In this document: positions 1 to 15,039 of the stretch, in pieces
How the letters are laid out: each line of letters starts with the position of its first letter
Position numbering within the stretch: the stretch's first letter is position 1
Assembly (NCBI RefSeq): GCF_009914755.1
Contig: NC_060947.1
Source of the DNA: the human T2T-CHM13v2.0 reference genome, Homo sapiens
Length of the DNA: 64,000 nucleotides
Reading direction: 5' to 3' (one strand)
Notes under the pieces: generated by a model
Databases searched by the model: none
What the model saw: the letters and a program-made list of their open reading frames with translations, nothing else
What the model was told of the DNA's origin: nothing
Made by a program: the position numbers and the translations under genes

Positions 1-310
1 CTTTTTGCTTATAATTGCTTTGGCAATGCTCTTTTCTGTTTCCATATGAATTTTAGAATTTTTTTTTCTAATTCTGTGAAAAATGTTATTGGTCATTTGA
101 TAGAAATAGCATTGAATCTGTAAATTACTTTGGTCAGTATGGCCCTTTTAACGACATTGATTCTTCCTATATATGAGCAAAAGAATGTTTTTCCATTTGT
201 TTGCATTGACTTTAATTATTTTTAGCAGTGTTTTGTAATTCTAGTAGAGATCTTTCACCTCCCTTGTTAGCTGTATTCCTAGATATTTTATTCTTCTTGT
301 GGCTATTTTG
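1..310 (-). mobile_element. L1 ORF2 fragment (antisense), runs off the left edge
   Basis: Typical antisense L1 text: ttccatatgaattttagaatt...gcattgaatctgtaaattactttgg...gagatctttcacctcc. Confidence 0.85.
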
Positions 311-439
311 AATTAGTCCAGGATATCTTTAAACTGTCCACTATTTCCTTGTCATCACTGTCGATCTAATTCATCATCTCTGGAGATGCACAAATAAAAT
401 AGCACCTTTAATGATTTTAGTATATTTTAATTGTTCTTT

Positions 440-995
440 TAAAATATATTCCTTATACCTTCAAACACTGTGAACTTTAAAAAATGTGAATCCGAACATG
501 TCACTAGGACACACACACACACACACACACACACACCTTAATCAATGGTTTCCTGTGTTTTGCAGATAAAGACCGAAAATATTAATAAGGCCTATAAGGC
601 CATGCATGGTCTGTCTCCTACCACTTCCCATACCTCGTGTGTACCCCATGACTCCCTTTTCTCCTCTATAGTCACAGTGACTTCTTTTGGGTCTCTAACC
701 ATGTCATGGTTACTCCCTTCCCAGGATCTTTGAATATACTTTTCCCTTCGACCCACTGACCCTAATTTTTCATGCTAATTTTTAGATCTCAATTCAACTA
801 AAATTTCTAAGGGATCCTTTTTGGCTGCCTTGGTGGCTCATATCTCCCAGTTATACATACTGTAGCACTTCCTAAGTATAACAAGGAGCAATACGTGAAA
901 TTTGGTCTACTATTTTATCCCAAGTTCTTAGCACAGTGTCTGCACCTAATAATGGTAGTACAGATAATTATTATTAAATATTTGATGAATATTTG
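440..995 (+). mobile_element. L2 3' fragment
   Basis: L2-like motifs aaatgtgaatccgaacatgtcact, aaggcctataaggccatgcatggtctg and a terminal agcacagtgtctgcac...taaatatttgatgaat. Confidence 0.65.
509..536. repeat. (CA)n microsatellite
   Basis: Pure AC run read directly. Confidence 0.95.
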
Positions 996-1116
996 ATAAA
1001 TAACTTATATTCATGCTGGCTAGAATGTATCTTCAAGTGTTTCATATGAGATAGATGAGATAGCATGAGCAGTTCACTTTCTCTGCCCTATCCACATGAT
1101 TAACAAACTACCTGAC

Positions 1117-1280
1117 ATATATATATGTGTGCGTGTGTATGTGTGTGCACACGTGTGTGTGTGTACAGACATCTGGCATAAATATATATATTTATATGCC
1201 ATACATGTATATTTATATGCCATACATATATATTTATATACATACATACAATATATGTATGCATATATATATGTATGTAT
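1117..1280. repeat. Compound (TA)/(TG)/(CA) low-complexity microsatellite
   Basis: Seen directly; explains the spurious ORFs 1096-1455 and 1127-1378. Confidence 0.9.
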
Positions 1281-1835
1281 TAATTCCTTTCTCTGTAGAA
1301 ATATATTGGATTTTATTTTACTTTCTCCTGCACTTATTATGCAGAGGTTTCAAAAGTCATTTTTACTCTTTGGAGTAAAAGGGTTGTCTTCCTCCCCTTT
1401 TGATTATAGAATTATTATTTTTTTCTCGAAATGTTTTACAAACTCACTGGGATAAGATGAGGTATTTGTCTTTTTTTAATTTTATTTTTCCATAAGTTAT
1501 TGGGGTACATGTGGTATTTGGTTACATGAGTAAGTTCTTTAATGATGATTTGTGAGATTTTGGTGCACCCATCACCCATGCTGGGTGGATGCACCATATT
1601 TGTAGTATTTATCCCTCGCCCCCCTTCCATTCTTCCACTCAAGTCCCCAAAGTCCATGGTATCATTCTTATGCCATTGTGTCCTCATAGCTTAGTTCCCA
1701 CATATCAGTGAGAACATATGATGTTTGGTTTTCCATTCCTGAGTTACATCACTTAGAATAATAGTCTCCAATGTCATTCAGATCACTGCAAACACTGTTA
1801 ATTCATTCATTTTTATGGCTGCATATTATTCCATC

Positions 1836-1876
1836 ATATATATTTGTGTGTATATACATATATATACATATATATG

Positions 1877-1920
<44 letters not shown>

Positions 1921-1921
1921 C
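1836..1921. repeat. (TA)n/(CA)n microsatellite inside the L1PB 3'UTR
   Basis: Seen directly. Confidence 0.9.
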
Positions 1922-3057
1922 AGCTTCTTTATCCACTCGTTGATTGATGGGCGTACGGGCATTTGGGTTGGTTCCACGATTTTGCGGGTGTGAATTGTGC
2001 TGCTATAAACATGCATGTGCAAGTATCTTTTTCTAATAATGACTTCTTTTCCTCTGGGTAGATACCCAGTAATGGGATTGCTGGATCAAAAGGTAGTTCT
2101 ACTTTTAGTTCTTTAAGGAATCTCCACACTGTTTTCCATAGAGACTGTACTAGTTTACATTTTCACCAGCAGTGTAGAAGCGTTCCCTGTTCACCGCACC
2201 CATGCCAACATCTACTGTTTTTTGATTATGTACATTCTTGCAGGAGTAGGGTGGTATCGCATTGTGATTTGATTTGCATTTCCCTGATCATTAGTGATGT
2301 TGAGCATTTTTTCATATGTTTGTTAGCTATTTGTATATCTTTTTTTGAGAATTGTCTATTCATGTCCTCAGCCCACTTTTTGATGTGATTATTTGTTTTT
2401 TTCTTACTGATTTGTTTGAATTCATTGTAGATTCTGGATATTAGTCCTTTGTCAAATGTATAGATTGTGAAGATTTTCTCCCACTCTGTGTGTTGTCTGT
2501 TTACTCTGCTGACTGTTCCTTTTGCCCTGCAAAAGCTCTTTAGTTTCATTAGGTCCCAGCTATTTATCTTCATTTTTGTTGCATTTGCTTTCGGGTTCAT
2601 GGTCGTGAAATCCTTGCCTAAGCCAATGTCTAGAAGGGTTTGTCTGATGTTATCTTGTAGAATTTTTATGGTTTCAGGACTTAGGTTTAAGTCTTTAATC
2701 TATCTTGAGTTGACTTTTGTATAAGATGAGAGACGAGGATCCAGTTTTATTCTCTGACATGTGGCTAGCCAATTATACCAGCACCATTTGTTGAAAAGGG
2801 TGTCTTTTCCCTACTTGATGTTTTTGTTTGCTCTGTCAAAGATCAGTTGGCTGTAAGTATTTGGGTTTATTTCTGGGTTCTCTATTCTGTTCCATTGGTC
2901 TATGTGTCTATTTTTATACCAGTACCATGCTGCTTCAATGACTATGGCCTTATAGTATAGTTTGAAATCAGGTAGTGTGATGCCTCCAGATTTGTTATTT
3001 TGCTTAGTCTTGCTTTGGCTATGTGGGCTCTTTTTTGGTTCCATATGAATTTTAGAA

Positions 3058-3609
3058 TTGTCAATAAATGTGATATACCACAAAAACAGAATTAAAAACA
3101 AAAATCACGTGATCATCTCAATAGATGCAGAAAAAGCATCTGACAAAATCCAGCATCCCTTCATGATTAAAACTCTTAGCAAAATCCACATACAAGGGAC
3201 ATACCTTAATGTAATAAAAGCCATCTATGAGAAACCCACAGCCAACATAATACTGAATGGGGAAAAGTTGAAAGCATTCCCTTTCAGAACTGGAACAAGA
3301 CAAGGATGCCCACTCTCACTACTCCTCTTCAGCCTAGTACTGGAAGTCTTAGCCAGAGCCATCAGACAAGAGAAAGAAATAAAGGGCATCCAAATCAGTA
3401 AAGAGGAAGTCAAACTGTCACCGATTGCTGACGATATGATCATTTACCTTGAAAACCTTAAGGACTCCTCCAGAAAGCTCCTAGAGCTGATAAAAGAATT
3501 CAGCAAAGTTTCTGGATACAAGATTAATGTACACAAATCAGTAGCTCTTCTATACACCAACAGTGACCAAGCAGAGAATCAAATCAAGAACTCGACCCCT
3601 TTTAAATAG
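3058..3609 (+). pseudogene. L1 ORF2 reverse-transcriptase fragment (inverted segment of the L1PB), non-functional
   Basis: Translation contains [29 protein letters not shown] and an FADD-equivalent IADD; frameshifted after ~3600. Confidence 0.9.
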
Positions 3610-5981
3610 CTACAAAAGAAATAAAATACTTAGGAATATACCTAACAAAGGAGTCAAAAGACCTCTACAAGGAAAACTACAAAACACTGCTGAAAGAAAT
3701 CATAGACAACACAAACAAATGGAAACACATCCCATGTTCATGGATGGGTAGAATCAATATTGTGAAAATGACCAATACTGCCAAAAGCAATCTACAAATT
3801 CAATGCAAACCCCAACAAAATACCACCATCATTCTTCACAGAATTAGAGGTATTTGTCTTGATAAACGCTTTCAGTTTTATAAGTCAAACTTTTTTTCAG
3901 TTGTATAATGTTTTCCTAAATTATATTTTTAATTGATTTCCCTTTGTTATTTATTGATTTTGATCTCTTTCTTAGGAACATAAATTTTCTCAATCTATTT
4001 TCCACATGTCTTTTCTTGTGGTTTATAACTGTCTTCTTCTTTTCTTGTTATTCTATATCAGGGAAAATGTCCTGGGTTTGTCCTCTATATCACGAATTCA
4101 GTTTCTGTAATACCGTTACTATGCTTCACTGTTTGTAAGACTGTATTTCAGCCTGCAATATTAAATCTATTGTCATGTTTCCTTGTCTCACTGCACTCTC
4201 TATACATTTTTTTCTGACTTTAAGTCAACTCAGCGTTCATCATAGTGTCTCACGTTTTCATCATCACTTTCAACTCTCTTACTGAGACGATAATAGAGTA
4301 TCAGCTTTCCAAAACTGATTTCAGTTCATGTGGTCCATCTTTCTAAAAAAAAGCTGGGTTTTGGTTTTGTTTTGTTACTGTTGTTTTTGCAACTTGCTAC
4401 ATCCATGAAATTAAAAATAGAAAATTTTGTCTAGTGTTATGTCAGTATCAGGTCTAAATCTGTGAAATTTTATTTCCCTTAATAGTCATGCAACAGCCAT
4501 TAGAATAATTTTCTTAATTTGCAAAACAAGGAGATAAGTGGTTAGCCTGTCCTGTATCTGATGCAAAATAGTTTTTATTGTTATTGTTTTGTAATTATAT
4601 CTGTTTTGTGTAAGATTTCTGGTTTGAGGAAGTCATATTTATTTCACTGCCCAATTGTATGCCCATGGGGAGATCTGTTTTTGGATAGTGTTAAGAATTA
4701 TTTAAGTCCTTCATTAGCAGAGATAGCAAATAAAAAACTACATTCTCCAAAGAACATCGTTACCACAACTCTCTCAACTAGGAATGGGATTGATTGTAAA
4801 ATGAGAGGCATTAATGAGACAGATTAGGGAGGACAGGTAATACAGTCCTCTCTTATTTTTCAGGAAGACAGTGAAAAAATTTAACAGATAGATGAACAGA
4901 AATCCTTAAGGTCCCTTTCCTTTTTCCCTCCATATCTCTGTTGTCCACACTGCATTCTGCCTCATAGCCTCATTTATGCTTTAGTAAATAGAAATTCTTC
5001 CTCAAATTCTGCAGATTAAAGATTTTTAGTTTCCAATGTTGTTGAAAGTTTGAAACTTTTTCGAGAATGTAATGTGTATTGCAATGGTTGCAGAACAAAT
5101 TAATAGTCATTATCTGCCATCATAACTTGAAAATTCTTAAATAATACCTGCAATGTTCTTAAGGGGAAAAGTATTATATGTTCCAAAGACTAATTGACAA
5201 AGACTCTTTTGGTACACAAATAAATGAAATTTTGTAGACCACCTACCAATTTTTAAAATTGTTTTGTACTTTCAATTGCATTTTAAATTCCAATAATATT
5301 TTATGTTTATATTTGCACTCCAAAATACCAACTAGGATGTTAATATCTACTCTAGATGACAAAATATATATTCATAGACAATGTCAGAGTTTTTGTTTCA
5401 TTTCATGAGCTGTGCACAGATTAATTTAGTTAATATTGTGGGAAAATTAATATGTTTGATCCATGTGAGTCATTGGTGATGAAGTAATACTATTTAATAA
5501 TGTATTTTTATGCTGGCTATTTTTTATTTGAACTCACTAGATAGAAGGCGAAGCTTCCTATAAGTTAAACTTCAATTTTTGTCTGTATTTATTTATTCCT
5601 CTGTGCTAACTGCCATTGATTATCTCTTTATTAATAGGAGAAAATGTTGCACTACTCTTACCAAGGTAGTAACAGCACGTATCCTAAAAGAAGACCCCTA
5701 TCACTTTGATTTAGCTCAACTGTATGCAACATTGTTGTGAGTATAATTATTCAAAAGTCACAGCTGTTGTTCACTGATTTAGGGGACAAAAAGTATTTTT
5801 CCTTCAAACTTATTTTGTTTTCTGAAGGATATTGGTAGAATAAGTGTATATTTATATATACTGTCAACAATTTCAGAGCTTTCAGAAACAGATTTTTTAT
5901 GGTATAGACATAAATGAAATTTACTTATAATGTATACCTTATCGGATTAACAACAGAATTTGAGAAGTCCTATAAAAATTG

Positions 5982-6288
5982 CGCCAGTGTGGTGACCTAT
6001 GCCTATAATCCCAGCACTTTGGGAGTCCACGGCGGGCAGGTCGCTTGAGCCCAGGAGTTCAAGACCAGCCTGGGCAACATAGTATAACCCCATCTCTACA
6101 AAAAATACAACAATTAGCTGGGCATGAAGTTGCATGCCTATAGTCCCAGCAACTCGAGAGGCTGAAGTGGGAGTATCACTTGAGCCTGAGAGGTCAAAGC
6201 TGCAGTGAGCCGTGGTCACAGCACTACACTCCAACCTGGGGTCTGAGTGAGATCCTGTCTAAAAAAAATAATAGATAAAATAAGAAAA
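5982..6288 (+). mobile_element. AluJ
   Basis: Dimeric Alu with J-type gcttgagcccaggagttcaagaccagcctgggcaac and an A-rich tail. Confidence 0.92.
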
Positions 6289-6544
6289 GCACTACAATAT
6301 AAAGAAAAAAACATTACAAATTGTTGAATCTATAAGAAGGTAACATAACAATGACCTGGTGTAATAGTTTCTGTCATTTACTAGATATTAAATTTTGCTG
6401 AAGAAAAATGTAAACAAAAAGGTCTTATGAATCTTATTAGATAATAAAATGAAACTTGGAGAGATGCTTTGATCTGCTTAAAATTTTTTAATATTATTAA
6501 TATAATAATCCCAAATGGACTTAGACAATTTTCATACATTTATT

Positions 6545-6810
6545 GATGTATTCACCTTATTTATTTAAACATATATATATACTGAGCACTTAATATGTAC
6601 CAGACATACTTTTTTTAAGTGGCAGATAATAGTAGACAAAAAAAATACAGGTAAAAATCTCTGACCAAATTAAGCTTATACTTTAGTAGGAAAAAGAGAA
6701 AACAAATAAAAAGGTAAGATATTTATGTTTATGTTGATAAACGCTAAGAAGAAAAGTATAGGTATTGCAGATTGGGTTGGGGGGAGTGTGAGTGTTCAAA
6801 TTAAAATATC
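6545..6810 (-). mobile_element. L2 3' fragment (antisense)
   Basis: actgagcacttaatatgtaccagacatact ... aagcttatactttagtagg resembles the L2 terminus. Confidence 0.55.
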
Positions 6811-8769
6811 ATAAGACCTTCTTCCCACCTAGACGAGATCACAAAATACTTTCTCATGTCCATGTAATTTTGCCTGCCAACAAAGTTAGCATTTTTGTTA
6901 CAAACAGCTTTGAATTCGTTCACTTGATTTAGCGAATGGTTGATGAAGAGGCCAGAGTTTCATATTACAGAATAGGGCGTGCATACTATACATGGAAGAC
7001 TTGTAAGTGCAGGTGTAGTTAGTGATTCACCTAGACCAGAGGAAAATTTCAATATTGCTCCTGTGGGGAAATAAAAAATTCTTATTTTGTGCAACATCAT
7101 TTCCCAATGGCCAGCCAGACTTGAGTCAGCTGCTAAGTGCACATCAAAATAACTACACAAATTGCTGCATGGGCTTCATTGGTATTCACAAAATGACCTT
7201 TGGAAAATATCTACCCAAAACAATTTTGGTTTTGGCATATTTACTACCATCCTGTCATTTCCAAAAGTAATTGGAAAATATGATCAGTTATTTCTAGACA
7301 CAATTCCTGTTTCATGACATTAAGATCATTTAGTCTGTATTCAAAATGCCATTCTCTTTGCCATCACAGAAGGATATATATCTAATTAATCCAAAAGCTG
7401 CATCCGAAAATTTAAATATAACTTAAGGTAAAAGGAGACTAAAATCTAGCTTCATTTTACATTGTATGACAGTGAAACTTTATGTGATAATCCACATGAA
7501 TATGAAAATTCAAGCTTTTATAAACATGAATATCTTATATGGGTCAAAGTATAATTTTACTTTAAAAATATGACATGAAAATATAAAATGAATGTATATT
7601 AAAGATTTTATTCAGCTTATTAATTAATGAGGTAACCACTTAGATGGTAACACTGACTCCAAAAGCATTTGATAAAAAGGGGTTTACATAGTTTATCAAG
7701 ATAGCCATCTAAAAACTTTAGAGTAGGACTGCCAGGTCAGATACAAATTCATTATTGTCATTTGGGGCAATAAAGTAGCAACCACGGAGGTTATATTTTT
7801 ATCAGATAGAAATTTTAAGTTAGCTAGTAACTTCATAGTGTCTGAGTTGTGATCAAGTTGTAAATAGCAAATAGGTATATTCTCCTGAAAAAATATATAA
7901 TCCTCAGGTGCGCTCATTAAACAATGTCTGAGTAATATTAAAAAGATATGCCACCCACCTTTTTTGTCCTTTTTTCCAGTTTTAATAATTTTTAATCGTC
8001 CCCATGTTTTGGTCATAAATAATCTTTGAACATTGATTAGAAAAAAATGGCTGACCTCATTATAGTTTAATCTGATTATTTTCACAGATACAACGGTGGT
8101 GTTAGCTACATATGCTTCCTGGATTACATAGTATTCAGCAACTAGCAAAAATATTTTGTTTGTAAATTGTATCAATGAGTCCAGGGTTGAACCACTTAAA
8201 AGGATCTATGGCCTTTTTATTCATATAGGGGTTAGGATGTCAAGGCCATGAAAATCTCTCCCCCAGATTTCACTGTGGTAATAACCACAGATTTAATAAA
8301 GTTCTCTCTCCTCAAGGCCCCCCAAATATACTAAAGTTCCTTGCCTGCCAGGAAGTGACCTTCCTTATCACTTCTGAAGCTGAAGTCTTGTAAGACAGGT
8401 ACCAGTACAGTTTCCTGCGAGGGTTTTGTAGTCATTTGTTGCCTTTGTTCCCTAATGATGGGCTTGCTGTACCAGACTAAAAATGATTCTTTCCCAAATA
8501 TAGCATTGGACAATCAATTTGTCTAATTTGAGGTAAAATGGAGACAAATTCTTATTGAAACAATGAATATAACTATTGTCACAAAACAAAAAAAAATCAG
8601 TAAAAACATTTGTTTCTGAATTATGAGATTTCGATTCCATTTTAAAATGTTTCATTTCCATTTATAAAAGCATAAAATTCTAAACTGGGAGGAAAAGATC
8701 AGGAAAGATCAATGACTCCTTATATACTTATCAATAGAAAAAGCATTAAAACATCAGCCATATTCCAAA

Positions 8770-9050
8770 TTTCATGGGTATAGTTCATAAAATAAGAATA
8801 GATTTTACATTTTTAAATGTTCGAAAAAAATTAAAATAGTAATAACATTTTGTGACATGAAAATTATATGAAACTTCAATGTTCATAAATAAAGTTTTAT
8901 TGAACACAGCCACACATACTCATTTACATATTGTCTATGGCACTTTTGTACTACAATGACCAAGTAGTTGTGACAGAGACCTGATAACATGCAAAGCCTA
9001 AAATAATCACTATCTAAAACTGCAGAAAAATAAATGTGCTGACTTCCGTT
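8770..9050 (+). mobile_element. MER58B hAT-Charlie DNA transposon
   Basis: tgtgacatgaaaattatatgaaa...cataaataaagttttattgaacacagcc...gtagttgtgacagagacc...gcaaagcctaaaata matches the MER58 family. Confidence 0.8.
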
Positions 9051-10000
9051 CTAGAGCTCAATAAAGTCAACACAAAGCACTGAAAATAGTTCTGGTAAGA
9101 TACTGAATCTCTGTTCTCTGAGCGAATTACACAGACAGTAAACTTTTTAGTACTCCTTATTAAAAGAAGACTAAAAACTTCATGATCAATTGTCATTGTA
9201 ATAGAAAGTCAAATAAAAGATTCACAAGCTAATTTCTTTTAAAATTATGAATAAGCCCATCGACATTGCACAAAAGTTGTCAAAATGTTAATAATTTTCA
9301 ATGCTTCTCTTTAGCTCCATTATATGCAATTATTGCAAACCAAGACAAAATTTCCTTCCTTCAAAAATTCTGCAAATTTCTATAATATCCAGGTTTTGTC
9401 TTTCATTATCCTCTTTCAGATTTTGGAACAGATATCATAATTTACATACTACTCTCATTTTTCTTTGATAAACAGAACTTATCCTATTATCTCGCATACA
9501 TTCTTGTGCTTTTCTGCTATCATTGATCTCAGTAGAATCTCAGTTTCACACAGTAACTATATCTTTTAACCAGATTAACTAACTTCTTTTTCACAAACAC
9601 ACACAACAAACATGGAAGTGGATAATTGATAATCATCTATCATACAACACAATTAGCAGATAAGCAAAGCTCACAAGCTCATATAACATGGCTAACTACC
9701 ACTCACATAACTTATACACCTTCAGGTAAGCAAAGAATCTTGGAAATTAAATAATTTCCAATTAAATTCCAAATTAAACAAATACAGACATCCATAAGAC
9801 AAAACATAATTACTGCTGACATAAAAACTTTGTCAGAAGAATAAACACATAGTTTCGTATTTTTCTCAATCCTAAATATCGTATAGAAATACATTTGCTT
9901 AACTAATCAATAAATTGATACAAAAAGTTTTGGAAGTTCAGAATTACTGGTCTTTTCATAAGAAAACAAACCAAATGTAATTTAAAAATGAGATGCATTG

Positions 10001-11083
<1,083 letters not shown>

Positions 11084-12959
11084 AGATGAATTGATTATTT
11101 TATACATACCAGTTATAAAAATTAGAGGAAAGTAATATAGCTGTATTCAAACCAGTCTAATTTGGGCAAAACTTTACTTTGAATACATGAACTTAGTTTC
11201 TTGTGTAAACAAGCTCACAATTTCTATTATAAAAGTTTACTTTTCTCTTAAAAAGCTGGTACATTTAATGTCTCAAATACTTTATTTTCTGCAAATCTCT
11301 GGGGTAGTTAAATCTAGAGATGCACTTCCAAATCTCTGTAAACCCATTAAGATAAAGCCCCATTAATTTTGGAGACTGTATAATCTAATTCAATAATACC
11401 CTCCAGAGATATGAAAATATTTCAAATCGGAAAAGGCTTTTCTCAGTTGGATACTCTGACACTGACAGAGTTTACAGTTTCATTTCTCCACTTCACCCAA
11501 AATTCATAAATAAACATAGACATATAAAAAGTATGTCTTCAGAAAACGAACTGCTGTTTTGGGCACTATGCCAAATTGCTACAAGGTGACTTTTGTTTAT
11601 GGCTTCCGTGGAGTGAGACAAGCAGGTGGTAACCAGGGGCTCCTCACCACTGGGCCCAATGGGGTTAGGGGCAGAAGAGCCAAGACCCTGGCTGCAGTCC
11701 AAGAGAGGTCACCAATAACATCATTTTGGAAACACCTTTTCATTGGACATTGAAGGTTCATGCCGAGGCAGCCCCTATAACCTTTTATTCTGTAATTCCC
11801 ATTGATTTCTATCTTTTACTACCCATGTTGTTCTGGCGGCTTTGTGAGGCTTATTCTGCCTTACTTCTGGTGCACTATCTCTTGAAAACAAAAGCCACAG
11901 TATATGCATCTGAGACAGAGATTCACAAGGGACCTTTCTACTAGAAAAAGAGAAGATGGTGCTGACACATACTTGCTTGAATTTACTAATGAGGATTCTG
12001 AGAAGGAAACAACTCTGACCAGTGCAAGACAGAACACCAATTTAGAATTAAGATTTTAGTTTCCGGTTCAGCCTTTATTATGATATCCAATGACAGGTAC
12101 TGCTAGATTGTTTTCGGGGATGGTTGGCTTCAAGAATGGGGTGAAATATGGCTTATTAAATTTACCACCAAGTTGATTTTCCAAGCCATTTGTGAAGCTG
12201 TTTCTAAAAGATAACCTCTGGAGTCTTGTGTTCAGATTTCATAGCTAGTTAGTTTAAAGAATTAATTTTACCATCTCATCAATTTTATAATATTTATTGT
12301 TAAATATCTTTGATTAAAATTTGAAGGATTATGATACTATGCTCCATGTGTGTTCTGATTCAAGATTCATGGTTGGTATGAAAATAGAATTGGATTTAGA
12401 GTTGAATGCTATTAACACTACTCAGAGCAACTGTTACATAACTAAAGCATTTTTCTTATGCAAAATACAGGTACATAGATATTCTATAGGTAATATTCAA
12501 TAAGTTGACTGGATGATAAACAGTTTATCTCTCTCTTCAGTAGTGAATAACTGAATCTAACAGGATAATAATGAAATGAATAACAAAGCTCATAAAACAT
12601 TTACTAAAATGGTGTTTTCTCATGTTTTGCTTTACATACTATTTTAGCTGATTCCTTCTGATTTAACCCAGGTAATTTTATTGTTATATTTTTACCATCA
12701 TGATTGGCAATATATGGGGAATGTTACATACTACACTATTTTTAACTCACCTAGAAAAAAGAAAGCCAGATTCACATGGAATATGTTTTGGTTAAGAAAA
12801 TGCAATGCTGAATAAATGATTTTTTTTTGCTGATCATTACATGCTGATCATTACAATCTGTTTGCAGAAATTGGTTTGATTCATAATATTATCAATCTCT
12901 TTAAGCAAAATATAAGTGAATTATGTGATCATAATAATAATAAATGATCCTTCTGTTTT

Positions 12960-14035
12960 TCTAAAAAAATAAATACCTACTTCTGGGGTAAATAAGCCAG
13001 TGAAATTTAGGAATTATTAATAATCTAACAAAGAGAAGCTTCTGTGCCTACATAAGATACTTAAGAATAACTGCAAGAAAAGATGTACGAAATATATATG
13101 AGTGACATTGCTAAAAGGTAATGAAATACTTCAATACATTAAATTAATGGTTAACAGGATTCAATATCTAATATTCAATTGTTCAAAATGCAATTCCAAC
13201 AAATATCCAAAAAGTATTTTAGTGGATCCTGAGATCCCTGATCTTGTGATAACTGAAAATAAAACTTACAGGAAATGGCGAAGGGGCTGGCCAAGTTGCC
13301 CCTAAAAAGAAAAAAATAAAAGGTGGAAGAAGGCATCTATTCTCTCATAAAATGAGACTTGATGCCAATCACCAGTAATTAAAATGTGCTGTACTAACAC
13401 AGAGATAGACAAGTGAAGATGGACACAACCTTTTGATAATGTCCTATTTCATAAATATGGGGGGGTAGGTGTCACAGGTGTTCATTCTATTATTGTTTTA
13501 TAATAACATATATGTTACATATATTCTTTATGTTTATTATTTATCTATTGCTGCACATTACCCCAAGTCTTAGTGGGTCAGTCATTCAGGAGAAGCTTAG
13601 TGGCTTGGATCTGCACTCGGGGACTTTCATGAGGCTTGGTCAGATGTCAGCCAGGGCTACTGTCATCTTAAGAATTGACTGGAGATGAAAAATCTATCTG
13701 CAAGGTTCCTCACACTCTATGCTGGTGATGGCTATTGGCAGGAGGCCTGTTTTTCCCTGTTGCACCTGTCAATGATCTGCTTGAGTTTTCTCACGATGTA
13801 TCGGTTGGTTTCCCCTAGAAGAAGTGATACAAGAGAAAGCAAGATGGAAACCACAATGCCTTTTCTGATCTAGACTTGGCGAGTCACACACAATCAAACA
13901 CCTATTCAATATGGGAGAGAAATAAACAAGGGCATATATACCTAGAACATGGGTCACTGGGGGGCGGGCATCTTGAATATTGTTTTCAACAGTATGTTTC
14001 ATATATTACATTCACAAAATTAATTTAAAAAATGT
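12960..14035 (+). mobile_element. Ancient L1M(E)-like fragments, split by an MLT1 LTR
   Basis: Degenerate ORF2/3'UTR motifs (aatgcaattccaacaaatatcc; ggtgttcattctattatt). Confidence 0.45.
13540..13990 (-). mobile_element. MLT1-type MaLR LTR
   Basis: tatctattgctgc...ttaccccaagtcttagtgg...cagatgtcagccagggct...ggtcactggggg. Confidence 0.7.
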
Positions 14036-15039
14036 TTCTTCTGGGTAACATCAGGAAGACCAATTAATGTTTCATATATTTTATCTCCCTAATTATGCTG
14101 AGTGCTCTGAAAGAAAGAATGTAACTGTTACAATAATTTTGAGGCATTACCTCACTCACAAGAAAAAATGCCACAGAGCTTATATACAATATTTATTTAT
14201 GAACTAAATTTTATGAAATAAATTTACCTGAAATAGTTGGGTACCTTGGTAAAACAGGGAAAGTCTCATATCTTACATAGCCATATGTTAGTATAATATT
14301 ACAGAGAGTATTTCCAGCTTTTTTGTTTGGGGTTTCAACACAAATTTTGCTGCCTAACAATTCATCATTTTTGAGGAATGTTTCATTTATTCCATCTGTA
14401 ATCTATAGTAAGTGAATACAATAAAATGATAATATTGCATTACTAGGTAAACTAACTTTGTATCGAAACACTAATATATTCAAATTTGAAAGGAACGTTG
14501 CAATAGAAACATGCTGTTATTGTGTGTCCAAAGAATGATTTAGCAAGTCTCAATATTTATTTCGAAAACATTAAAGTTAACATTATTTCCCTTTCAAAAA
14601 TGAATACAATTATTAAGAGTTTGCATAGTTAATGGAATTTTGCATACCCCACATAGCATGTTGATCAGATAAACCTGATTAAGACTATGTAGTTTAGTAA
14701 TAACTTTTCTATGTTGATATAGAAGAACCGTCATCTATAAGTCTTCATGAATTCTTTAGGCAGTCATTTTATTTCAATAAATTAATTTATTCAATGACTA
14801 TTAACTAATAAAGTCATCAATTTAAAAGTGAAGAAATACATAAACTTGTTCTAATCAACTGCATCACCTTGCATTAAATCTGAGAAAATAAAAACTATAG
14901 GGGAGAGCACCATTTACCTAAAATCAGTTAGGAAGTTTTTGAGAGTGAAGATTAGATTACAATTTAATAATAAGATTGGACATTATGCTAGGTATTTCTG
15001 AGATGCAAAAAATTTTCTGCTGCATTCCAGATATAAAAC

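Larger units (their letters stand above)
1473..3846 (-). mobile_element. 5'-truncated, 5'-inverted (twin-primed) L1PB element
   Basis: Antisense L1PB 3'UTR/ORF2 at 1473-3060, then sense ORF2 at 3061-3846; exact 14-bp TSD gaggtatttgtctt at 1459-1472 and 3847-3860. Confidence 0.93.

Noticed and set aside
1096-1455. 119-aa and 83-aa ORFs
   Set aside because: Translations of dinucleotide repeats
3058-3609. 183-aa RT-like ORF as an active or novel reverse transcriptase system
   Set aside because: It is an ordinary L1 ORF2 fragment in the inverted part of a truncated L1, with no promoter, no ORF1 and a frameshift
6908-7001. Exon-like segment (acag|...|gtaagt)
   Set aside because: Stops in all three frames and a mediocre acceptor; no independent support
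7696-8175. 159-aa minus-strand ORF
   Set aside because: No ATG start or recognisable domain; AT-rich composition typical of a chance ORF
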